Positions 42,510 to 56,500 of a DNA stretch of 64,000 nucleotides are shown piece by piece. The stretch comes from Octopus vulgaris (lineage: Eukaryota). The notes beneath the pieces are model-generated. The model was not told the DNA's origin, did not search any database, and saw nothing but the letters and a program-made list of their open reading frames with translations. The stretch covers positions 92,256,001 through 92,320,000 of the forward strand of contig OX597815.1 in NCBI GenBank assembly GCA_951406725.2, written 5' to 3'. Position numbers and translations under genes: made by a program. Position 1 is the first letter of the stretch. Each line of letters begins with the position of its first letter.

Positions 42510-43645
42510 GGTGCAGCAAATCAAAGGAAGGTTAACTGGGAAGATAGTCTTTCCCATATGCCAGAGGGAGAAACTAGAAGTAGTTAATAGCTTCCGCTAC
42601 CTAGGCAACCAAGTCTAGTGGAGTGATTGCACTGAGAGTGTAGTGACTATAATAAGAACAGCCTGGGTAATGTTCAGGGAGCTCCCACCTCAGCTGGCAA
42701 CTAACTCATGATGAAAGGTAGACTGTATGATGCATGTGTGCAAACTGCCATGCTACATGGCAGTGAAACATGGGCCATGACTGCTGAGGACATGCATAGG
42801 CTTGAAAGAAATGAAGCTAGTATGATCTGCTTGATATGTAATGTCAGTGTGCACACACTACAAAGTATAAGTGCTCTGAGAGAAATGTTGGGCATAAGAA
42901 GCATCAAATGTGGTGTACAAGAGAGACGACTGTGCTGGTGTGGTCATGTGTTACATATGGATGAGGACGGCTGTGTGAGAAAGTGCCACTCCCTAACTGT
43001 GGAAAAGATAGACTCAGGAAGACATGGGATGAGGTGGTGAAGCATGACCTTTGAACATTGGGCCTCACAGAGGCAACGACAGGAGACCAAAACCTTTGGA
43101 GATATGCTGTGATTGAGAAAACCTGACAACTAAAGTGAGATCGCAGCTATGCATGTCTGATCCAGTTAAGAGTACCCCTGATGCGTCGGGCACTATGATA
43201 TACTTGAGAAGACCTGGTGAGTCAAGTAAAACCAATATCGAAGCTGTAGCCAGTGCCTCCTGACTGACTCTCATGCCGGTGGCATGTAAAAAGCACCATC
43301 CAACTGTGATCGATGCCAAAACCACCTGACTAGCTCCCATGCTGGTGGCACGTAAAAAGTACCAGCTGAACATGGCCGATGCCAGTACCCCTTGACTGGA
43401 CCCCATGCCAGTGGCACATAAAAAGCACTATCCAAACATGATCAATGCCAGGCCTGCCTGACTGGCTCCTGTGCCAGTGGCACATAAAAAGCACCCACTA
43501 CACTCTCAGAGTGGTTGGCATTAGGAAGGGCATCCAGCTGTAGAAACATTGCCAGATCAGATCGGAGCCTGGTGCTGCTGGCTCTCCAGACCTTAGTCAA
43601 ACTGCCCAACCCATGCCAGCATGGAAAACTGACATTAAATGATGA
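42510..43645 (+). mobile_element. Decayed RTE-clade LINE 3' fragment with tail
   Basis: KGRLYDACVQTAMLHGSETW...WCGHV; ends aacccatgccagcatgg...aatgatgatg. Confidence 0.88.
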
Positions 43646-45354
43646 TGCTTCTCATCTTATTTCCTATATTTTATTTCGGTTCTTATATTTCATTAAAATT
43701 TTTTATTAACTATTTTAATGCAATTCTCCACTTGCTTCAAACTTTTTGTCTGGACCTTTCTTAGGGCGATTCCAAATAGGAAAGCAATGATTTCTGACAA
43801 TGGCAGGTCACTAATTTTGGGACAGGCTATATTTGTTTTAATCAACTGCATTTCTTGACTAGCATTTATTTTATATTACGCAAGTGGGCTACCTTTTAGC
43901 AAGATTTTAACTCAGAATGTAAATACTGTACAGCTTAATCTGATATTCCCCCATTTTTAGAGTTAATAACAACTGTTTCATTATATTTTAGTCAAAGTAA
44001 GTCTTTGACATGTCAACACTGGTAAGATCAGAAGACATTGATGTTCTGTTCTGTCAGGAAAATATGGGTAAAGACAGAATTCTGCAAGTGCTGTAGTTTT
44101 GAGGAGGAAACACCAAAACAGTGTTTAGTGCAGAACTGAGGAGACACACAGGAAGAACTGTGAGAAGAGAGAGACAAGTGGTCGGGTAGATGGGAATATT
44201 ATTTCATTACACAGTTTATGTTCTGGTTATAGAGAAAATATTTTCAAAGAGTAAAAGCCAAAAGCATAGCAACTGAACATCTTGATCTCTCTTTTATGTA
44301 CTAATTGTTGTTGATGCACAAAACTATTGGATTTTATGTCACTTTTTTTTAGGATAGATTGCTTAATTAATAAGATCAAGGACTAGATGATCTGAGCAAA
44401 TACTAACAAATGGTGGAAACAGTGCATGCCCCCATATCTGACCTAACCTGTGATCTACAACTGGTAAAGGGAATGACTGAGTTATCAACAACCTGCATAC
44501 AAGAATATTAAACTCTTAGAACCAATGGCTGAAGCATAAGAAAACTTGGAGGCAGAAATAACATAACTATTCAGAGAGACATTGACTTTAATTAGAAGAA
44601 GACATAAATTATTAATTTAACCATTACAAGGTACTCAAGTAGAATGAAGAGCAGCTTAAAACTAATTTTCTGAGAATAATTGCATGTGGAACTGATGTGA
44701 TATTTAATTCCAAAGATTCACCCCTAACATTGTAAAGCTTTCCCAACATAAGACTGTATCACATTTTTGTAATTCAAAAGAGTTGTTATATTTTTGACAC
44801 CCCAACAAACTTACATTATGGTACTCTAGTACAGTACTGTTATGTCAAGACACTCTATGTAATATAAAAAAAGACTCACAGTAACTTCCAGCTCACAGAT
44901 ATGTTTCTTCTTCCACTACTAATATATTTTCAGTTCCTCTAAACAAGATAGATGCTTACTCCTGTAACCCCATATCATCCCTATGTCTTATCTCCCAGAC
45001 ACCACCAAACAATTTCTCCAATCACTCTTCCCAGAAATATAACCCTCTGGAATTCTGCTCTTGCTCATGTTTCCATACAGATACTTAAACTTAACATCAA
45101 TTCAAGAGTAATAGTCATGGCCACTAACCCTCCTAACATATAAAAAGTTGTATTCAATAACTCTTTAATAACTTTGTTTCACCAACAATGAAACATAAGT
45201 TACTGATCTCTTTCTGTCTCTCATACACATTCACAGAAATGTAGCAGCAATTCATATACTTGCTGTAAATCCAATATCTCTCATATAGATGTTCAAAACT
45301 GAAATGGAGGTTAACAGAGTAATCTAAACATGTTTGAATAAACCATATATAAAA

Positions 45355-45775
45355 ATCGGTGTCACATACTCGACACCTATGCCAGTGGCATGTAAAAAGC
45401 ACCTTTTGAGCATTGGGCTTCACGGAGGCAATGTGGCCGATGCTGGTGTTGTGTAAGTAGCACCTGTGCTGGTGGCATGTAAAAAGCACCTTTTCAGTGT
45501 TGGGCATCACGGAGGCAATGACAAATGACTGAGACTTTTGACAATATGCCATGCTTGAGATGACCATCAAGCCAAGTGAAATCAGTCATGGCAGATACTG
45601 GTGTCATACAAAAGCACTCGTTACATTCTCAGAGTGGTTAGCATTAGGAAAGGCATTCAACCTTAGAAAATCATGCCAAACCAAACTGGAATCTGGCGCA
45701 GCACCTCAGCTTACCAACCTTGGTCAAACCGTCCAACCCATGCCAGCATGGACAACGGATGTTAAATGATGATGG
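45355..45775 (+). mobile_element. RTE 3'-tail-derived repeat
   Basis: ggcatgtaaaaagcacc units; ends aacccatgccagcatggacaacggatgttaaatgatgatg. Confidence 0.78.
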
Positions 45776-48194
45776 TGAACACTACACAACTGCAACAGGG
45801 AATATTCCTGGATAAATCATTTTTTCCATGTAGTCAATGGCACATTTAACTCACATCATCATCATTATCATCTTTTAACATTCACCTTCCATGCTAGGAT
45901 GGGCTAGATCTTTTGTTGGTTTGTAAAACAACAGCTCTCTACAATCATATTTATCAAGCATGTGTGAAAAGAGTTATTTTTTTTCACATCAATTATTCTT
46001 ACACAATGATAGTAAATAGATTCTCCTGATAAAAGTAAAGTTACATGAGCCAACAAGGGAGCCTCCACAGTCACTTGATCTGGTAAAAGGAGCAGCCAAA
46101 CTTCATAAAAAGTAAGTTTGACTTACTGTCTTAAAAAAGGAAAGCAACATTGGAACATGCAATCCTAGATACACTAAATCTGAATATAAAATGCAATGGT
46201 CCTCACTGAAACACCTCTGATCACAGGTCTCCTGGATTAACATTGACCCGAGATTTACAAAAACTTAGAATTGAAAAAAAAACGCTATAAATCTATAATC
46301 CTTATCAAATAACAAAATCTTCATCCAATCTTCTGTCTTATAACATATCAGTTGAAAATATTGTTAATGGGAGCATGATCTAAAATAGAAGCTCAACAGA
46401 TGGCAACACAAACAAGGAATGACCTATAAGACTAAACTTGCTTGTTCAAAATAACTAAAGAATGTTTGAGAAACCAAGGCCATTAAAGTATGCAAAGAAA
46501 GTGACAAGTTATTGATCAATATAAAAGCTGCATTGGTGAGGTAGGTAGAAAGCTATCTTGAGAATTAATAGTACTTGATCAAAATGCCTAGACAATTGAT
46601 AGTCGTGAGTTCAAATCAAGATAATATTAACAGTTTTTGGTGTAGTAAAATTATAACCCATTTCTTAAAAGCATCTATTTCTGTGAATATGTCAGGATTT
46701 AATTTGTCATGTGCAAAAGTAAAAAGAACTTACAGGCTTAAAAGAAAAAAAGTGATACTGATCACTTTGAATAAACCTTGCATAAATCAATCAAATTTAA
46801 CTGCAGGGATATTTAAACTTGATCAAACTTTCACAAAATGCTAGAATATTTCAATCTCAACAAAATCTTAGCATTTCAAAATAAATTGAAGGTGCTCTCA
46901 ATTAAAAAATGAAATTGGAAGTATTTTTTGTAAGAATATTAAAAAAAAAAGAAGGAAAACATCACAAAGTGGAGTTTGATATCCTCAAACTGGACCTTAA
47001 CGTATGAAAGAAATGTGTCCAGCTGATATGCACTGGATCACTAAATTTATCACGTTTTTAAATAATCACTGAACAAGTATTTTATATATCTGTAGTTTCA
47101 TTTGTTGTCAGTAATAGTTACAATTAATTGTCCAATATCTGCATTCTACACAAAATATTCAATAGAAACTGTCAATGAGAACATTTAGTAAACTTGCTAT
47201 ATTTACACTTTTTAAGCTTCTCTTTATAAAATTCCAATTGCAAAAACTATTCATTGAACTTTGTTTTTTAAAGATTGTTTACACAAGTTTCATAATTGTA
47301 TTAATTACAATTTCCAATAATGTCAAAATGTTTACCAAATTTACTGATAGTATAATATTCACATGATTTCATACAAATGGTGACAACTCTTGGCAAATAA
47401 ATTATCCAAAAACATTTAGTTGATCTCAGTTCTACAGCAGGCAACTGTTTTAAATCACAACCGGTTTGACATTAAAATCAAGAGTCACTATTAACAACTA
47501 CTTCTGGTCAGTTCTCTTTTAGAGTTACTCTTGTTTTACTTTATCATATGAGAATAAAGATTAATTTACTAAGATAGATGAAAGATTAATAAGATGAAAA
47601 ACAAAGAATACAAACACATACAAAAGAAAATTATTATATTTTTTGTAGACAAGAATATTGTAAAACAGAATGAACTAAAGATTTAACACCAAATAAGTTG
47701 AAATGTTTTTCTCTATCAAGAGTGAAAATATGTAGCTGTTTCCTTACAATAAAAGACCATAATTGGTGATTAAAGTTCTTTAGAACACTATCATCATCAA
47801 CACCATCATAAACACTGTCATATTGTTGAAGACCAGAATTTTCAAGCCACGGTACCACAATGAATCTATTAACTCCACCTCACTTACTGCAAAACATTCT
47901 TTTAGTAATAATTAGAACTTGCAAGATTACCAAAATATGAAAATACTGTAAATGTCAATTGTCTAAACACAGTATCTCGAGAGCATTAGAACAGGTTCTC
48001 AGAATGGTAGGCAGCTTGCAAGAAGCTAACTATATAAAACATGAAATCCACATATTGTTGACATTGTTGAAAGGGAACAACAATAATTAAGTTAACAATG
48101 GAGATTATGCAAAATAATAATTGTCATTGCATTGGAAACAGATATAATAGTCAGCTGATGAAGGGATCAGTTGATGGATAAGAAATTTACAGCA

Positions 48195-48371
48195 TTAGAG
48201 AACTAATTGTAATTGGTATTGTTGGTTAGCCAACTGTTGTTTGATATTTACTTCTTGATGGTGAATGACATCTTGTTCTAACTCTTCATGAGTGGAATGA
48301 CTTAGCTGATGTATAGTTTTTTCCACAGCTGGAACATAAACTGAGTGTGATGGGATAACATTCCTGTATAA
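48195..48371 (-). CDS. TADA1: TADA1 last coding exon (stop TAA)
   Basis: ttccag|LYRNVIPSHSVYVPAVEKTIHQLSHSTHEELEQDVIHHQEVNIKQQLANQQYQLQLVL*. Confidence 0.93.
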   Translation of the reverse strand, partial: LYRNVIPSHSVYVPAVEKTIHQLSHSTHEELEQDVIHHQEVNIKQQLANQQYQLQLVL

Positions 48372-51300
48372 CTGGAATAATAAAATAAAATGACAATTTT
48401 AGAATATAATAAAATTTGAGTTGTGTTTCATACAGGCATGTGCCACTAAAATAATTACTAAGGTTATGAATTTAACTAATATTTTTAATGTAAATGACAT
48501 TAAGCATAATAAGTACTAACTTAAGACAAAAATTTCAATGACCCTGTTAATTTTTTCTGCCTCAAATTGGTACTTATAATGTCTAATACTAGTTATTAAA
48601 AGTTCTTCACAGAAAGATTGGATGAATTAAACAATAAAATTATTCCTTTCTTTCTTGGAAACATCTTTACTCTTGCCTTGCCAACTTAACAAAATTCAAT
48701 TTTTCATAGTTTTACCAATCAAATCTATATTGTCCAACTACTGAATTAATTTATCGTCATCAGTTAATGTTCACTTTCCATGCTGACATGGGCTGGACGG
48801 TTTGACAGGATCCAGCAAGCTGCACAGCCATGTCAGAATAGTACTGATATACTAACATGAGTGACATTGTTCACTCATACAATAGTGTAAAAAAAGCTTA
48901 CTCAAAACTCAGAAATGTAACTTCTAGTCATGATGGGAATGAGTCGTGATATTAAGACCCAAGTTATCTATGAACCATTTGGAAACTACCATGTCACATG
49001 TCTGCAAGAATGCAGGTGACTGAACAATTTTGCCTCATCATTCCTACCAATTGTTCAACAGTTAACACAGTTCATCATCATCATTATTTTAACATCTTTT
49101 TTATGCTTGCATAGGTCAGACTAGTCATGTTATTAATTAATTTGCAGTTACATAAAAATAGTGAGCATTGTATTCACTTAAAAACTTGATGGCCTTTAAG
49201 TGAATACAATATTGGCAAGTATAGGATATTATATTTGTTACATTACTCTTCAAGGCAAATGTAAATGATAAAACTGATAATAATAACAAAGCCTTACTTG
49301 TAATGCATCTAAAAGATGAAATAATGTAATAGGTCCTTTGTCATTCTGCATCTGTTCATTTACTGACACTGAAGCAAGCTGTTGTATAGCTTCCAATTCT
49401 GCTGCTTCTTCTGACAACCGAATGGTTGGCGTCTGAATTCCACTGTTAGATATTTCTGTTGCATCACTGCTAAAGTATAAAAGGTCGATATCAGTTTGAT
49501 AGTAGTCTCTTGCTGTCTCAGAAATACAGTTCTGCAATTTCTTGCTGAACACGTTGCACAAATAAATTTGCTTGTAATGATGAGATGTTTGTGCTGTACA
49601 TTAGCTCATTCCCTCAATTAAATCAACACTGCCTGAACAGGTGCATAGTGTACTACACATCAGGTGTTGAAGTGATTAGAACAATGTGAGATGAAGTATT
49701 TTGCTCACGAACACAATGCACCACCTGATTCAGGAATTGAAACCATGATCTTGCAATCATGAATGCAACACCCTAACTACTAGGCCATGCGCCCTCACCA
49801 TTATCAGTATATGATTACAATAAATATAGGAATATTGTTACAAGGAAATATTTAAACAACAGTATAAAATATATCAAATTAGGATGAGAACAATAATTGT
49901 TTCAATAAAAAGAAAATGTAATAAATATGAGTAATCTATTTTAAGGCTTCAATGTTATCAGATTAAATTTATAGATTTTTGGTTAGTTTTGGAATGGGCC
50001 AATTACTAGTTTATAGCATATAATATTAAAAATCAAAGATATTAAATAGAAGTTCTAGTGAGGATATGGTTAAACAATTGTAGAAATGATATTAAAATAA
50101 GACAATCACCTTTCACGGAAATAGTTTGTTTTCAGCTGGGATCGGCGTAAATATGGATTAGGAACATCGCAACCAATGGAATATTTAAAACGTTTTTCTC
50201 GGAGTTTATAACCACTTTTACGCCCTAGCACCTTCACAATGATGTCTTTAAGTTGACTCTGAAAAATAAAGGTTAACCAGGGGATTAACATTAACAGAAT
50301 TTAATTCTTTTCACCTACACTGATGTTATTTAAATTTAAAGCTGATGTTAAAAATATAGAGTAATTAATGAAAATAATACTTTTGGAAATGTAGACCATG
50401 ATGAGATGTTTGTGCAATTTTTTTTTTTATATTGGCTCTACATTTGCAGATGCAGGCATGGCTGAGTGGTTTCAAAGTTTGTTTCACAATCATGAGGCCT
50501 TAGATTCAATAGTACTGTATAGCATCTTGGGCATGTGTCTTTTACTATCGCCTCAAGTTAACTCAAGCTATATAATTGAAATTATGTGGACATAAAATGA
50601 GTGGAAGCCCATCAGATAGATTATATCAACAATTAAACATCCAACTTTATATTTTGTATCATTGTTTTGCTAGGCTGATTCGACCTGAAAATTATATTTA
50701 GAGTACATGTGTGTAGAATACTCAGTCACTTACACAAATTTAACATGTGGGTAGTCAGTTGATTGAACAACAGAATGCTCATTGTTGAAACCGATGGAGG
50801 ATCTATCATCACAATAACACCAACTCCATGCTATACAATGGCAAACATTCATCATCATCATCATCGTCGTTTAACGTCCGTTCTCCATGCTAGCATGGGT
50901 TGGACGGTTCGACCGGGGTTCTGGGAAGCCAGAAGGCTGCACCAGGCTCCAGTCTAATCTGGCAATGTTTCTACAGCTGGATGCCCTTCCTAACGCCAAC
51001 CACTCCGTGAGTGTAGTGGGTGCTTTTTACGTGCCACCTGCACAGGTGCCAGGCGGGGCTGGCAACGGCCACGGTCAGATTGGTGTATTTTATGTGCCAT
51101 CGGCACGGAAGCCAGTCGAGGCAGTGCTGGCATCGGCCACGAGTCGGATAGTGGAAGAGCTAAAACCACAGATATTTGACTCAAAATAAAAACTGATTTT
51201 TATTTGGATTCCATACAAAAACTGTTTAGTTTCAAAGAGTGAGATATGACAGACATTATTAGAATAAAATATAAGACAGTCGAACAGTAGTATCAGAATG

Positions 51301-53456
51301 TATACTTCACATGCAGCAAGTTTAACCTGTGTCATTAAACCAATGCTTAATCAGTTATGAGAGCAAAGTTACCATAAAAAAATTTCTGATGAGAAAGAAT
51401 TTTTGCCTTTTCCTCCCTATTTCTATACCTTTTTTGTTGTTAGACTATTTTATGTCAACCCTTCCAAGGTTGGAACAGTTTAATTGTTAGAGAAATTATT
51501 TTTAATTGTTGAATGGCTGTGCTCCCTAGAGTTAACCTCTCGACTGTGAAATAAGAGTAAAACCTGCCCCATATTCAGTTAGGTAAATTAGAGCAAGCAG
51601 ATTTAGGCATCTTGCTGAAGAGCACAACACAACAGTTATAAGATTTGAACTTATGACCATGTATTTCAACAGCTTAACCTCACAGCCATTACACCTTTAC
51701 ACCTGCAAATATTAAGAATATCATTCTTTTTCCAAAATCTCACACAATTCGTTGCTGATTTCTTCTATACTCTACAAAAATAGTGACATAACGAGACAAA
51801 GATAATGTGGTACTAACATGTGTCAAGATGATACAATAAAGCTTTAATCTTTTGCCATCATGTAAAGATTGTTGTTCAAAAATACATTAGAAAAACCAGA
51901 AGTTGACAGTTTATTTTTGAGGCACATTTTAACTGTTACGGAGAACATTTATTGTAACAGCTTGTTTAAATTAAATCTAACATCTGATGAGATAAATATT
52001 CTGCTTGACATTCTTATTTTTGATAATTTGTTTGTCAACTGAAGTGAGAAATAGTGTAGTCTCACCTATCAGGGCGACAGATAGAAGTATTTCTGTGAAG
52101 TTTCACATTTTAGACAAAGGTATTCGGTAGTACAGTTTCAATATAACACACAGACGTGCCCTCTTATGGAGTTTCAATATAGTTGAAATATTTCAATATT
52201 AGAACCTAGAACATGTTTAACAAAAAAAATCTTCTGAAAAAGAGGGATATCAGTAAAAAGATACTTACTTCTACCGCTGTCATGACAAACTTTACAGCAT
52301 TCTCAGCCACATCATCGAGGCCATTCTCCCAGGCACAAACATACATACGACCATGAACCATGGAAATATCTGGTAATGTTGCTTCTCGAGAAGAAAACCC
52401 TTATAAAATAAAATAAAATACTTTATGCTTGTGTTGGTGTGCGTCCATGTAAGTAAATACATAATATATATCATTGTTGTTTTAACACCTATTTTTCCAT
52501 GCTTGCATAAATCAAATGAAATTTATTGAAGCAGATATTGTTACAGCCAGGTGCCCTTTTAGTTGCCAACCAAAGTATTATTTCCACAAGTTCTGACATG
52601 TTTTCATGGAAGATTGGAAATGAACAATATTGATTTTATGAACCATGACCCTTGTTTAAAATTATTGTACAATATGAAGACAAGACAACACACAGATACA
52701 CAAGGTGGGCTTCTTTCAGTTTCCATCTACTAAATTCACTCCCAAGGCTTTCGTAGGCCTAGGGCTATGGTAGAAGACACTTGCCCAAGGTGCCACACAG
52801 TGGGACTGAACATGAAATTAAGTATTTGTGAAGTGGATTTCCTAATCACACAGTCATACCTGTGCTTCATCATCATCATTCAATTTGTCTTCCATGTTGG
52901 CATGAGTTGGATGGTTTTTCAGGTTCCAATAAGCTAGAAGACTGCATTAAGATCCGATGTCCATTTTCACATGATTTTTGCTGCTATAGCTGTCTATCTA
53001 TACACATGTTAAATGTATAGACACACACACATAAGCTGTGTACTCAAAAAGTTTACCTCTTCCATGTTGTTTTGGGTCCCACTAAGCAATGTCTTCTACT
53101 ACAGCCCTTCATTAACCAATGCCTTATGCAGGAATTTAGTAGATGGAAAAGTGCAAGAAGCCCATCATATATGCATGTGTGCATGCATGCTTGTGTGTAT
53201 ATCTACAAAACAACACTGAATTATGGGCACAGATGGTGACACTATCATTTTTTGGTTAAGCTACAATTAGTTAAGTCTCTTGATATTTCCTGTCAGCAAA
53301 ATCATCCACTATCTCTCTGTGCACTCACAAATTTCCCTGGAATTACTTGTAGAACAGTTAAAAGTAACAAGAAGTGTATCCAACAATATAAATTCTGCCT
53401 CAAAAGTTAGTTTCATCTAAGTCATTTTAGCATGGAAAATAGGCATTAAACAAATG

Positions 53457-53503
<47 letters not shown>

Positions 53504-56500
53504 AACGAAGCATTTTCTTACAGCTGATGCTTTAACCTATATTACAAAAATAGAAAGAGGAACTGAGAGGTGAGGTTAAGATATTAAATAAATAATTATA
53601 TATTCCTGTTCACATTAGAACCACTATGTTGTGTGTCCTGAACCAAAACACATTACTTTGCTTATTGCGTATACCTGGCGTACATGGACACAACAATGTT
53701 AAATTACAACCAGAAGAATTAGTAGTAGGAAGAGGACTGGAAATGGAAAAAAAGGTAAAAACTTTGATGTGAGAGTATCGGATCATTGCAGGATCAACTT
53801 TCCAACCTTCTAAATAAATACGGTAGAGAGAACTTATACTTTGATTAGAATATAGGACAGAATTTGTGATGCAGACTTACACGTTACATCGCAACTACTA
53901 TTTAGTACTGTAATGTGGTTCACAATCTGTATCAGACTTCCAGGTGCCACTCTAACCATCATTAGGGGAAAATATGATAGAGAAGTTGGTTGCAAAAGAT
54001 TGAAAACAGTTGAACTTTTTACAGAAGAGAATTGCCATTATTGTAAAATTTTATAATAATGGAATATAAAAAAAATACTAGGAAAATTTACAAAAAAAAA
54101 ATCTGTTCCTCTCCTACCTCTAAGCTTTGAAACTTACCAACATTTATGTCATCTTCCAAACTGCGTGGACTAACAACTGGAGCATAAGAAATAGGATTCA
54201 CAGGTATAAATTTTTGCTGAAATTAGTAAATAAAATAAGACTTATGTTAAAAAATAGTCTTTTTTTTAGATAACAATAAGTGATGTAAATTATTGTAGCT
54301 AATAAATGAAATTAAGTATGCTATAGATGATTAATAAATTTATAGTTAAATAAAGTTAAACAAAAGGAGAGAGGGTGTTAGAAGTAAAACATTTTCAAAA
54401 ACTATTGAATTTTGATATTGATATTGCTTGTCTGGTTCCAGGTGAACTTAGATTAAGCAAGACTATGATCAAAGGAATTCTATTTGTGACTATCTTGTCT
54501 GTAAAAGGTTTATTTAGAACTACATTATCTAGAGTATTCTTCCTTTACGTAAGATAGTAGGGTGATTTTGATGAATTTGACAGCTATTTCTAGCATTTCG
54601 AGCAACTATATTGAGGCTCCTTTGTTAGGATTTGCTTGATATGAATGTCTGTGACCAAATTCTTACAAACACCCCATATAAGACCATTGACTTGGACATA
54701 AATATATTTAGCATATTGTGCAGACCCAGGTCAGAGCTGATCAAATATATAAATAATAAGTTGAATAACAAGGTGATATCCACAGATTCAAGGCTCCAGG
54801 TATACCACACCTCTGCCTTATTGAAGCCAAACTATTCACACCTATAGTTGAGAACAATTCTATCCCATATGCAGTGGTTGACCGAGATACCTGGTGTCTG
54901 ACAAAGGACCAAGATACCTAGTGCCTTCCTGTACTCAAGAAGACCTCAACTTCACAGCAGAAATGTTAAGGCCACTCCCACTGGTGAAGAGGATTGGCCT
55001 GCAAGAGTCCTGTGCCAGTGCCACATAAAAGCACTTGTGTGGTGCCATGTAAAGGCACCCAGCACACTATGTAAAGTGATTGGCATTAGGAAGGGCATCC
55101 AACCATAGAAACCATGCCAAATCAGACTGAAGCCTGGCGCAGCTCTCCAGGTTACCAGCTCTGGTCAAACCATCCAACCCATGCGAGTATGGACATTATG
55201 TGATGATGTGTGTGTGTGTGCATACTTGCACAGGGCTTTACTCAAGACTTGATACTTTTGCAACTGTCTCACAAGGAAGACTGCATTAATAGTACTTCTT
55301 CCAAGTACAAAACCAAACTCCATCACATCTATCTTAATTCTCATATTAATCAATTACATTATAACTCTTTCGGTAACTTTCACATTGTGAACTGTGTGTC
55401 TGTCTATTTGCATGTGTCTCTGCATCTGACATTATGTGGGTAACAGTGTCATCTTTCTGGTCAGCATAAATAAAATGTTTGATAGCTTAGTAGTTCAGCA
55501 TGCAGAGATATAGAATAAAGTACTTTATTTGAAAACAAGTAGGGACTGGTGTTAGGAAAAGTATCTGGCCACTGAATACTGCTTCAAGAAGTCTCATCCA
55601 TACCAGCTAGTAAAAGTTAGATATATTTCCCAACCTAAACTTGAATCATGACTAAAAATTTCAGTTTAAATAAATATATGAATAAATTCTGCATTATTTA
55701 CTAAAAATCTTTTTCTTTTATTTTTATAACTGTAACATTTAGATATGCATATATCAAACAATAAGATAATAAAAAAAAAAGATAGAGATTTAAAACAAAA
55801 GATCAGAGATAGAAGTAAACAAAAATATTGTATAATTTACTGTATAATTGTTTCTATTTGTTGTTGCAGTTGTTGCCTTCCTTTTTAACTTTGGTTTCTG
55901 TTTTGGAGAAGAATTTGAGGCACTTGGCGATTTCTCTGCAGGAGCTGCAATACAACATGTAGATATTTGTCACATCAGATAAAAGAAAAACTACAACATG
56001 GCCATTTGTATATTTAAAGGTCACTTAAATACTACACTTAAACAAACACTTCAGAACTTCATAGTGACTGGTTCACTTTCCTAATTCAATACTTGGTAAA
56101 ATAAATCTATTTAGTTGACAACAGCTAAAGTAAAATTAATTTATTTAGCTAATAACAGCCAAAGTATCCCAAATACAGTAACTTGCTTTTAGTTAAGAGT
56201 TTCTCCTGACGTTGTCTTACAAAGAAAAAGTATTATGGTAACACGTCATGGTACAAACCAAAACTGCATCTTATCTAAGCTAATTTTATTTCTATTCAGC
56301 TGTGCTAAAACATTTTCTGTTACTTTCATAACTTGAACCATAAGTTTGATGCCTCTCTAGTTTCTTCTTTTAATGTACCCCTTTGTTGCAATTGTCAATG
56401 GTGATACTGCTATGCAATTCATTGAACGTGACACCACCTTCTACTTGACTACACTACTCTGCAGGATATTTTTCAGCATCTCATCAACTAACTTTGTCTT

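Noticed and set aside
48155-48195. ctgatgaaggg...gaaa near the TADA1 stop as a hammerhead
   Set aside because: No stem II or stem I complementarity; probably chance.
49470-49561. N-terminal part of ORF 49250-49561 as TADA1 coding sequence
   Set aside because: The phase of the upstream donor only fits acceptors at 49469 or 49466; the rest is intronic read-through.
53615-53700. Short hairpin (tgttgtgtgtcc / ggacacaaca) as an intronic snoRNA or miRNA
   Set aside because: Only ~10 bp of pairing, with no convincing C/D or H/ACA architecture.
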